Positions 56,745 to 64,000 of a stretch of DNA of 64,000 bases are shown piece by piece. The first letter of the stretch is position 1, and each line of letters starts with the position of its first letter. The stretch covers positions 1,917-65,916 of the forward strand of contig CAYZCY010000002.1 in assembly GCA_964477115.1 (NCBI GenBank), written 5' to 3'. The position numbers and the translations under genes are program-made. The DNA comes from an uncultured Eggerthellaceae bacterium. Its GTDB lineage: Bacteria > Actinomycetota > Coriobacteriia > Coriobacteriales > Eggerthellaceae. The notes beneath the pieces were generated by a model. The model saw only the letters and a program-made list of their open reading frames with translations, did not search any database and was not told where the DNA came from.

Positions 56745-57293
56745 ATGAACGAGGCCATCCGCCTGAACCTCCCTGCCAGCAAGACAGATCTCGCAAAGCT
56801 CAAAGCGGGCGATGAGGTGCTGCTCAGCGGCACTATGTACACCATGCGCGACGCAGGGCACAAGCGCTGCCTTAAGCACCTTGAGGACACGGGCGAGCTG
56901 CCCTTCGGCCTTGATGGACAGACGCTCTTCTACGCTGGGCCCACGCCCGCCGCTGCGGGAAGGCCCTTAGGGTCCATCGGCCCCACCACGGCCTCACGCA
57001 TGGATTTTGCCACGCCGCAACTCTTCGAAGCGGGAATCAGCTCGTGCATAGGAAAGGGCAAGCGCGACGCAAGCGTTGCGGATGCCTGCGTAGAGCACGG
57101 CTGCATCTACTTTGCCTGCGTAGGGGGAATCGCCGCACTGCTTGCGAGCTGCATCGTAGAGAGCGACGTCATTGCATGGGAAGACCTGGGCACCGAAGCG
57201 CTTAGAAAGCTGACGGTCAAAGACCTTCCTGCCTTCGTCGCCATCGACACCCAGGGAAACGACCTCTATCGCATGATCGAACAGGCGCAATAG
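56745..57293 (+). CDS. Class I (Fe-S) fumarate/tartrate hydro-lyase, beta subunit
   Basis: 182 aa with GTMYTMRDAGHKR and GPTTASRMD. Its ATG immediately follows the alpha-subunit stop (TAAATG). Confidence 0.85.
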   Translation: MNEAIRLNLPASKTDLAKLKAGDEVLLSGTMYTMRDAGHKRCLKHLEDTGELPFGLDGQTLFYAGPTPAAAGRPLGSIGPTTASRMDFATPQLFEAGISSCIGKGKRDASVADACVEHGCIYFACVGGIAALLASCIVESDVIAWEDLGTEALRKLTVKDLPAFVAIDTQGNDLYRMIEQAQ

Positions 57294-57300
57294 CCCCCAA

Positions 57301-59850
57301 CTACTTCGTCGACGCCTTCTTGGCGCTCTTCTTAGCGGGAGCTTTCGCAGGCTTCTTCGCCGCCTTGCGCGCAGCGGCTGCCTCCTCTTTGCGAGCCTTC
57401 TCCTCTTCCTTGCCCGGGCAGTCGAAGTTCGGGCAAAGCCTCCAGGGACCACGCGCGGTAGTCACGATGACCATGGGGGCACCGCAGTGCTCACATGCCT
57501 CCTCGGTAGGCGTGAGGTTTCCGTACTGAGGCAAGGGATAGCGCGTCTGACATTCATCGAAGTTTTCGCAGGTAACGGATCGCTTGAGCGTACGCGGGTT
57601 ACGGCGGGCGAACAGACGGGAGTCGATACCCCTATCACCGCATACCGGGCAAAGTCCCACCATCACCTCGGGCTCTTGGTTGGTTTCGCAATTGGGGTCA
57701 ATGCAGGCAATACGCGGCTTGGACCTGAAGGCCGTCACCTTCACCTGGGGCATGCCGCAGGTGGGACACAGCTCCTCGAGCGATTCGATTTTTCCCTGGG
57801 GCAGCGGATAGGTGACATCGCACTCAGGCCAACCCGAGCAGCCGATGAACATGGACTTCGTCTTCTGAGAAGCGCGAATCTGCAGGTCGTGGTCGCATTT
57901 GGGGCACTTACCCACATAGGCATCGGCCGCCACGGCATCAGCAAGGGCCTCCTTCACTTCCTCGGAATGAGGAAGCAAGACGGAAAGCTGCTCGGAAAGG
58001 AGCTTTCGAGAGGCGCTGACCACTTCCTCGCGGCTGGTCTGCCCAGCTGCGATGTCATCCATGCCCTGCTCGAGCTCTGCGGTCATTTCGGGATGCGTGA
58101 TATGCGGGGCGAACTTTCCCAGCGCATCGATTACCGCCATGCCAAGCTGGCTCGGCTCAATGGGGTCGTTCTGAATGTACTTGACCGCATACAATCGCTC
58201 GATGATGGAATGACGCGTGGACTTGGTGCCAAGGCCGAGCTTTTCCATCTCCTGAATGAGCTTGCCCTGGCTGTAGCGCGCGGGAGGCTCGGTCTGCTTC
58301 TTCGTGCACGTGGCGCCGTTGAAGGCAATCTGCTGACCAACAGAGAGCACGGGCAGCTGCTCGTCCTTCTTGAGGCCGTAAGGATAGATAGCGCGGAAGC
58401 CCGACGTGACCAAAACGTCGCCCTTTGCCACGAAAGCTTCGCCGGCAACATCAAGCGAAACTTTAGTGCCCTCGACCACGGCCGCATCTGAAAGCGTTGC
58501 CAAAAAACGTCGGGCGATCAGGTTATAGAGCTTGTACTCGGCTGCGGGCAGGTCATCAGGCGTGGCCTTAGCCGTGGGATAAATGGGCGGATGGTCGGTG
58601 GTTTCCTTCTTGCCGCGCGTCGCGGTAAGCTTGCCCTTTGCGAGCAGCTGCTTGCAGAAGGGTGCGTAAGCGGGGTTTCCCGAAACAGTGCGAACCACTT
58701 CGGCAAGATCAAGTGACTTGGGATACACCGTGTTATCCACGCGCGGATAGGAAATATAGCCATCCATGTAAAGACTCTCGGCAATGCGCATGGTGCGCGC
58801 CGGCGAAAAGCCCTCGGCAGAAGCTGCGGCAAGCAGAGAGGTGGTGTTAAAGGGCGCAGGCGGTGCCACCTTGCGCTGCTTGGTCTCGACGGAGTCAACG
58901 CGAGCGCTGTTGGCCCCCTTGATCGTATCCATCACGGCTTCAGCCTGTGCGCCGTCCTTGAACCGAGCGACGCTATGACCTGCCTCGAAAGCGCCCTCTC
59001 CCTCGCCCGAGGTGGGACCGCATTGGGCGGCCGAGTCAAAAGCGCCCTTGATAACCCAATAGTCTTCAGGCACGAAGGCCAAGCGCTCGCGCTCGCGGGC
59101 GACTATCAAAGCCAGGGTGGGCGTCTGCACTCGACCAGACGAGCGAACGTTGCCATAACCCGCAAACTTAACCAGCGTAAGGTAGCGCGTGAGCACCGCG
59201 CCCCAGATAAGGTCGATATCCTGGCGAGACGCGCCTGCCTGAGCAAGGCAGTCATCCATTAAGACCAGATTGTCAAAGGCATGGGCAATCTCCGCCTTCG
59301 TAAAAGCGGAATATCGAGCACGAGAAACGGGTGCCGTAGGGTTTACCTCACGGCAACACGCGAGCGCATCAGCTCCGATGAGCTCGCCTTCGCGATCGAA
59401 GTCGGTTGCAATGATGATGGAGTCAGCCTTTTTCGCAAGGTTCTTGAGGGAACGGATGATGTCCTTTTCCTTGGGAAGCTTTTCAATGGGCGCGTACACC
59501 AGGTAAGGCAGGGCATCCATCTTCCAGGTCTTAAGCTCGACGCCATCTTCAGTAAAGGGCTTTTTCTTCTTGAAGGGGGGCTTAGGCAAAGACGCCGGAA
59601 TATCGGCGGGCAAGACCTCGCCCTCAGCACTTACGCCGCGCCAGCCGCCGCGCTTCTTATACACAAGCTGCGGGGCAAAGTCGGGTTCGAGAATGTGACC
59701 CCTGAGGCCGATAGCTACCCATTCCTCCCCCTTGAGCTCGAATCTGTATACGGGGGTGGAAAATACTTTGTCGGCTTTAGGCTTAGACGCTCCAAGCAGA
59801 TCGGCGATTTTCTGAGCCGCGTCGTTTTTCTCGGTAACGACCAGTTTCAC
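57301..59850 (-). CDS. topA: Type IA DNA topoisomerase (topoisomerase I) with multiple Zn-ribbon modules and a Lys/Ala-rich tail
   Basis: TOPRIM motif IIATDFDREGE and active-site Tyr context GYISYPRVDN. It has four Cys4-type modules and a tail KKPAKAPAKKSAKKASTK. I prefer the GTG at 59850 (AAGGAGG 6 nt upstream). The track ATG at 59868 has no RBS. Confidence 0.9.
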   Translation of the reverse strand: MKLVVTEKNDAAQKIADLLGASKPKADKVFSTPVYRFELKGEEWVAIGLRGHILEPDFAPQLVYKKRGGWRGVSAEGEVLPADIPASLPKPPFKKKKPFTEDGVELKTWKMDALPYLVYAPIEKLPKEKDIIRSLKNLAKKADSIIIATDFDREGELIGADALACCREVNPTAPVSRARYSAFTKAEIAHAFDNLVLMDDCLAQAGASRQDIDLIWGAVLTRYLTLVKFAGYGNVRSSGRVQTPTLALIVARERERLAFVPEDYWVIKGAFDSAAQCGPTSGEGEGAFEAGHSVARFKDGAQAEAVMDTIKGANSARVDSVETKQRKVAPPAPFNTTSLLAAASAEGFSPARTMRIAESLYMDGYISYPRVDNTVYPKSLDLAEVVRTVSGNPAYAPFCKQLLAKGKLTATRGKKETTDHPPIYPTAKATPDDLPAAEYKLYNLIARRFLATLSDAAVVEGTKVSLDVAGEAFVAKGDVLVTSGFRAIYPYGLKKDEQLPVLSVGQQIAFNGATCTKKQTEPPARYSQGKLIQEMEKLGLGTKSTRHSIIERLYAVKYIQNDPIEPSQLGMAVIDALGKFAPHITHPEMTAELEQGMDDIAAGQTSREEVVSASRKLLSEQLSVLLPHSEEVKEALADAVAADAYVGKCPKCDHDLQIRASQKTKSMFIGCSGWPECDVTYPLPQGKIESLEELCPTCGMPQVKVTAFRSKPRIACIDPNCETNQEPEVMVGLCPVCGDRGIDSRLFARRNPRTLKRSVTCENFDECQTRYPLPQYGNLTPTEEACEHCGAPMVIVTTARGPWRLCPNFDCPGKEEEKARKEEAAAARKAAKKPAKAPAKKSAKKASTK

Positions 59851-60085
59851 GGAGTACCTCCTTGTCATGCCGCTCTGCCCTACCGGGCAGCGGCATCGCG
59901 TTCACACGGTTCCCGCGCTTGCATTCGAGCATGATGATCAAATGCAAACAGGACTCCCCAACTTGTTTATTAACGTGTGCGGGGAATGACGCGCCTCGAC
60001 CAAGCACTGCGGCTTAGAAGAAGCACTGCCGAATGATACACGAAGCGTGACTTCTGACAAGGAAAAAACGCAAAGGGAAGATAAG

Positions 60086-61150
60086 CTATCGCTGAGATGC
60101 AAGCCTTTCCTTCTCTTCGCGGTCAAGAACTGCCTGCATGGAGGCTATAGCGCACTCGAGCATGGAGTCGTCGGGTTCGTTGGTGGTAAGACGCTGCATT
60201 TGCATACCCGGCCACAGCACCACTTTGACGAGAGGGTTATCCGGGCGATTGCCCGCCCATTTCACCGTGATTTCATAAGACACGCCGGCAATGACGGGCA
60301 TGAGCAGGATGCGCACCACGATGACAAGCAAGAGCTTCGGAAGGCCGTCTGGCACGCCCCATGCCAAGATAAGAGCGTTCAGCGGAACCACCGTATAGAC
60401 GAAGATAGCTATCAGCATGACCATAATGAGGAAAGCGGTGCCGCAGCGCACATGCAAACGCGGGAACTTACGAGCGTTTTCAGGCGTGAGGGGCAAACCG
60501 TTCTCGTAGCAGTGAATGGTCTTGTGCTCTGCGCCATGATAGGAAAACATGCGCTTGATTTCCTGCATGCGGCTGATAATCCAAATGTAGGAGATGAACA
60601 CCGCAACGCGCACCACACCGTCAACTATGTTCCACAAAAGGGTGTTCTGGTCGTATTCGCCCACGATGAGGTTGGTGATGAAGGCGGGCGCCACAACAAA
60701 CAGTACGACGCCGAGCACCAAGCCAAGCACCATAGAGATCATCATCTCGGTGTGACCGAATTCACCTTCGCCCTTCTGCTCACCGGAATCAGATTCGTTA
60801 TCTTCCTCATCATCAAAGGCGTGCATGGCGGCAATTTCCAGGGCCTTAAAGCCAAGTGTGAGAGACTCCACCAAGGCGCGGCAACCGCGGACCAGGGGCC
60901 AGTACATCCAGCCGTTCTTGTCCTTACCTGAGGCCAGATCATGCTCCTCGACGTAAATACTTCCATCGGGTTCACGTACGGCAACCGCCCAGTTATACTT
61001 GCCGCGCATCATCACGCCCTCGATCAGGGCCTGACCGCCGATGTGCGTCTTACGTGCACCGTCTTCTGCGAAAGCACGGGAAAACTCGCTCTGCTTGAGT
61101 GTGGCAGAGCGAGCGCTATCTTCGGTTTCCGAAAGCTTGGAATCGGTCAT
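60086..61150 (-). CDS. DUF1385-domain membrane protein (YqhQ-like)
   Basis: 354 aa with GGQALIEGVMMRG near the N-terminus, an HGAEHK motif and several TM helices. An acidic insertion reads DDEEDNESDSGEQKGEGE. Confidence 0.8.
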   Translation of the reverse strand: MTDSKLSETEDSARSATLKQSEFSRAFAEDGARKTHIGGQALIEGVMMRGKYNWAVAVREPDGSIYVEEHDLASGKDKNGWMYWPLVRGCRALVESLTLGFKALEIAAMHAFDDEEDNESDSGEQKGEGEFGHTEMMISMVLGLVLGVVLFVVAPAFITNLIVGEYDQNTLLWNIVDGVVRVAVFISYIWIISRMQEIKRMFSYHGAEHKTIHCYENGLPLTPENARKFPRLHVRCGTAFLIMVMLIAIFVYTVVPLNALILAWGVPDGLPKLLLVIVVRILLMPVIAGVSYEITVKWAGNRPDNPLVKVVLWPGMQMQRLTTNEPDDSMLECAIASMQAVLDREEKERLASQR

Positions 61151-61154
61151 CTTG

Positions 61155-61835
61155 TTAATCCCTCGTCACGCGCGGAAACGGGGTGCCGCAAGTCATTTTA
61201 CCCTCGGGGCAGGTGCCGCGCACACAGGATGCGCCCGCGTCGGCAAACACAAAGGGCGCGGTCGGACGGGCAAGCTCGAGCATCTTATGAGCCAGATCGC
61301 GAATCTCCCACTGAGCACGGTTGCAGCATCGAACCTCGAAGAAGTGCAGAAGTTCACGCACGTTCATGGTGACAACGATCTTGGTTTCAGCGGCGTTGGG
61401 CAGCAGGTAACGTGCGTCTTCAGCCGGAATACCCATGTCGAGAAGCTTGACGTAGGCGTCCTTCGCAAACTCGATAGCCTCATCGAACAAAGCATTGGCC
61501 TCGGGATTTTCGGCTACGGTATCGGGTTTGATGGTTTCAAGTCCATTGGCAAACTTGACGTATCGCTGGCTCTGCTGATTGAAGCTCGCAAGGCGATGAC
61601 GGACCAGCTGATGGGTGAGAGCGCGGGAAACGCCGTCAATGGCAAAGGTGTAGCTCGCGTGCTCAAGCGTGGAGAAATGCCCGCTCTTCATGATGGTGGA
61701 TAAAACGCTCTTTACACGCTCTTCAGGCATGCTCTCCATAAGCTCGGCGGCGCCAACGGGGGCATAGCACAGACGAGCAGCTGTCGCGATGGCGCGTTCG
61801 GGATCGGGCGTATGGTACAGAAGCTCAACGTTCAT
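61155..61835 (-). CDS. thyX: FAD-dependent thymidylate synthase
   Basis: ThyX motif RHRLASFNQQSQRY. I place the start at the ATG at 61835 (MNVELLYH, AGGAGG RBS). The track ORF extends to 61910 and would overlap the upstream gene. Confidence 0.9.
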   Translation of the reverse strand: MNVELLYHTPDPERAIATAARLCYAPVGAAELMESMPEERVKSVLSTIMKSGHFSTLEHASYTFAIDGVSRALTHQLVRHRLASFNQQSQRYVKFANGLETIKPDTVAENPEANALFDEAIEFAKDAYVKLLDMGIPAEDARYLLPNAAETKIVVTMNVRELLHFFEVRCCNRAQWEIRDLAHKMLELARPTAPFVFADAGASCVRGTCPEGKMTCGTPFPRVTRD

Positions 61836-61890
61836 ATATAATCCTCCTGCTCGAGTGTGCTTGTTGGAAGTCAGTATATATCCTGTGAGA

Positions 61891-62562
61891 TTATGCTGCT
61901 TCAAGGTCAAAGCCGAATTCGGCAGCTAGCATTTTCAGGGAATCATCATCTCCAGAAATGACGCGAACCTCGCCCCATACGCTTCCAAAGCGCTCAAGCG
62001 CGCAATCGAGCAAGGCCTCCCTGACCACGATGAGCGTATGGGCAAATGCAGGAACAGGACCCGCATCAAGCAGATCGAGCGCAGATGTTAGGCCTCCGTT
62101 GCGCAAAAGTTCCAAACGGCCAACCTCGTCAATAACGAGAAGCCTGCGATCTGACCCTTCGGCCTCCAAGCTTCGCAGAGCACTTAGGTGCTCATTGACG
62201 CGATGCAAGCCATCCTCAGATATCTCCCAGCCTAAGCTGGCACGTGCGCTCTGACTGCTAGACACGTAGCTGTCCTCAGCGATGGCCAAGTCACGTCTTC
62301 TTGCCATGGGAACCACATCCCCGCTACCAAGAAGCACATTGTTGAAACCGAGCTTATCAAAGCGCACAGGCTTGGCTTGACCTTGCTCTACAAGAGCGGC
62401 GATTTCGTCGTCAGATCTCTCTCGCCAAACACCAGGCGCCAGCACGCCATGGCATTCGACACCAGCACTTGCGAGCACCTCGATCATGTTCTGCAGCCAG
62501 CGCGTCTTGCCCGTTTGAACATTGCCGGTCAGCACGTAGAGCACAGAGCCCACCTTCCCCAC
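61891..62562 (-). CDS. Small P-loop NTPase of unknown function (THEP1/DUF2478-like)
   Basis: Walker A LTGNVQTGKT and Walker B-like LLVIDEVGRLE. The start is uncertain: the track GTG at 62562 has no RBS, while the GTG at 62544 is preceded by GGGAAGG. Confidence 0.6.
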   Translation of the reverse strand: MGKVGSVLYVLTGNVQTGKTRWLQNMIEVLASAGVECHGVLAPGVWRERSDDEIAALVEQGQAKPVRFDKLGFNNVLLGSGDVVPMARRRDLAIAEDSYVSSSQSARASLGWEISEDGLHRVNEHLSALRSLEAEGSDRRLLVIDEVGRLELLRNGGLTSALDLLDAGPVPAFAHTLIVVREALLDCALERFGSVWGEVRVISGDDDSLKMLAAEFGFDLEAA

Positions 62563-62635
62563 TTTGATAGTTATCCAGCGCTAAGTGTAAACCTTTGTCC
62601 GTAAGACACAGTCCGCGGCTCAAGGTTTAGGTACC

Positions 62636-62673
62636 GCACAAAAGGGGACCCGCCTCGCTAAAGACGGGTCCCG
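62636..62673 (-). terminator. Intrinsic terminator downstream of metQ
   Basis: Stem gggacccg (62645-62652) / cgggtccc (62665-62672), followed on the minus-strand RNA by CUUUUGUGCGG. Confidence 0.7.
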
Positions 62674-62710
62674 CATGACTTCGATCAAAGATGCCAGTCA
62701 GTAACTTGAC

Positions 62711-63571
62711 TTAGGCAAGCTTCTCCAGGGAGTCGAGAGAGGTGCTCTTGCCAGGATAGAGACCCAGCGGCTCGAAGTGGATGAGAGCAGCGCTCACGAT
62801 GGCGGTGTTATTCTCAGCGTTGTAGTCGTTGAGGTAGGAGATGTGCTGGAAGTAGTTAGCATCAAGCTCGCCGTCAACGAGAGCGACGTTGGGCTGGATG
62901 TAGTCGGAGAACTCGATGACATCAAGCGTCCAACCAGCAGCAGCCAGGTCGTCCTTGATAAGAGCGAGGATCTCAGCATGAGGTGCCGGAGAAGCACCAA
63001 CCTTGATGGTGGTGTCAGAGCCGGTAGCGGCCGGGATAGCAGCAACGGGCTCATAAGCAGCTACGACAGCGCCGTCGTAGGTATTAGCGATGTACTCGCC
63101 AACCTTTTCCTGAGACAGAGCAGCAACGAGAGCCTTGGTCTTCTCGGAGTTCTCATCGCCCTCATTCACAGCAATGATGTTCGCGTAGATCTGAGCGGCC
63201 TCACCTGCAGCATCCTCGTTAGCGAGGGCAGTAGCGGTGTCAATGCCAGCGCCGATTGCGTAGTTGCCGTTGATGACAGCAAAATCAACGTCCTTGATTG
63301 CGGACGGAATAGCAGCAGCCTCCATCTCGACGATCTCAAGATCGTTGGGGTTGTCAACGATGTCGTTGACGGTAGCGGTAAGGCCAACGCCGTCCTTCAG
63401 GGTGATGAGGCCCTGATCCTGAAGCAGCAGGAGTGCGCGGCCCTCGTTGGTGGGGTCAGACGGAACTGCCACGGTGATGGTAGAGCTGGTGCCGCCACCG
63501 CAGCCAACCAGGGCAGTCAGTGCCACTGCAGCCAGACCGGCCGCAACGGCAGACTTAAAAGACTTCTTCAT
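62711..63571 (-). CDS. metQ: MetQ/NlpA-family methionine ABC transporter substrate-binding lipoprotein
   Basis: 286 aa with a signal peptide and lipobox LVGCGG, plus NlpA-type sequence (ITVAVPSDPTNEGRALLLL). RBS GAAGGGAAG. Confidence 0.9.
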   Translation of the reverse strand: MKKSFKSAVAAGLAAVALTALVGCGGGTSSTITVAVPSDPTNEGRALLLLQDQGLITLKDGVGLTATVNDIVDNPNDLEIVEMEAAAIPSAIKDVDFAVINGNYAIGAGIDTATALANEDAAGEAAQIYANIIAVNEGDENSEKTKALVAALSQEKVGEYIANTYDGAVVAAYEPVAAIPAATGSDTTIKVGASPAPHAEILALIKDDLAAAGWTLDVIEFSDYIQPNVALVDGELDANYFQHISYLNDYNAENNTAIVSAALIHFEPLGLYPGKSTSLDSLEKLA

Positions 63572-63781
63572 GTTATTTCTTCCCTTCTATCTGCTATCCC
63601 GTTCGGAGATAAGCCAAAGTCAGAACGCCCGTTATTTGGACGTCGATCAGTATTCCACTAGAACCGCGCGTCGTAAATAGTTAATTACGAATACCCAGTT
63701 ATCGGTTTTAGCGAATATACGAATCAGGACCTTGTAAGCAGGCAAGGCCCCAATCTAAAGCAGCTGCTGAAAAGGCGCCGT

Positions 63782-64000
63782 TTACCTGCGCTTATCGATC
63801 TTGCGAGCCAGCACGTCACCAAAGCTCTGGAAGACCTGGACCAGGACCACGCACAGAATGACGGCGGCCAGCATGACATCGGTCTGGTAGCGCTGATAGC
63901 CGTAGCGAATGGCGATATCGCCCAAGCCACCGGCGCCAACGGTACCGGCCATGGCGGAGTAGCCGAACAGGGTGATGAAGGTGATGGAGACGCCACGGAT
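63782..64000 (-). CDS. metI: Methionine ABC transporter permease; C-terminal 72 aa only, the gene runs off the right edge
   Basis: My own translation in the frame ending at TAA (63782-63784) gives IRGVSITFITLFGYSAMAGTVGAGGLGDIAIRYGYQRYQTDVMLAAVILCVVLVQ..., a MetI-type C-terminus. The track ORF 63724..63996 is in the wrong frame. Confidence 0.85.
   Translation of the reverse strand: MRGVSITFITLFGYSAMAGTVGAGGLGDIAIRYGYQRYQTDVMLAAVILCVVLVQVFQSFGDVLARKIDKRR

Noticed and set aside
63572-63781. The 210-nt gap between metI and metQ, examined for a SAM or other methionine-related riboswitch.
   Set aside because: The region is AT-rich with only a weak 6-bp hairpin. None of the conserved SAM-I or SAM-IV core sequences I can recall are present. 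It is more likely an internal promoter region for metQ.

Overview
The window is GC-rich by eye (not computed) and looks like a Gram-positive chromosomal core region. It most resembles a Coriobacteriia-type actinobacterium. That is an inference from a membrane-fused LuxR regulator, a Lys/Ala-rich TopA tail, many GTG starts with AGGAGG-type RBSs, and the overall gene content. I support 53 protein genes (48 on the minus strand) and one tRNA-Leu(UAG), plus a set of intrinsic-terminator hairpins.

Most of the content is conserved housekeeping:
- the rimP-nusA-ylxR-infB-rbfA-nrnA-truB-ribF operon
- prfA-prmC, trxA-trxB and gap
- thrS and valS
- tig, clpP and clpX
- the maeB-like/tmk/holB/ricT/pncB chain
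- split class-I fumarase, topA, thyX, and metI/metQ at the right edge

I see no rRNA, CRISPR array, transposase, integrase, phage genes or recognisable defence genes, and no convincing complete novel system.

The observations most worth follow-up:
1. A reductase module made of a FadH/enoate-reductase-like flavoenzyme, an XRE-cupin regulator, an acyl-CoA ligase and a DAACS symporter (15.0-21.0 kb).
2. A tightly coupled DegV / degenerate beta-hydroxyacid-dehydrogenase-like protein with a Cys/His/Asp tail / PflX-type radical SAM trio (46.6-49.4 kb).
3. A leader terminator upstream of rimP-nusA.
4. An anticodon-arm-like hairpin next to the thrS RBS.
5. A Thr-rich uORF overlapping the start of an APC permease.

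All family calls come from motif recognition by eye. Start codons were refined by eye from RBS context, and no database search or folding calculation was run.
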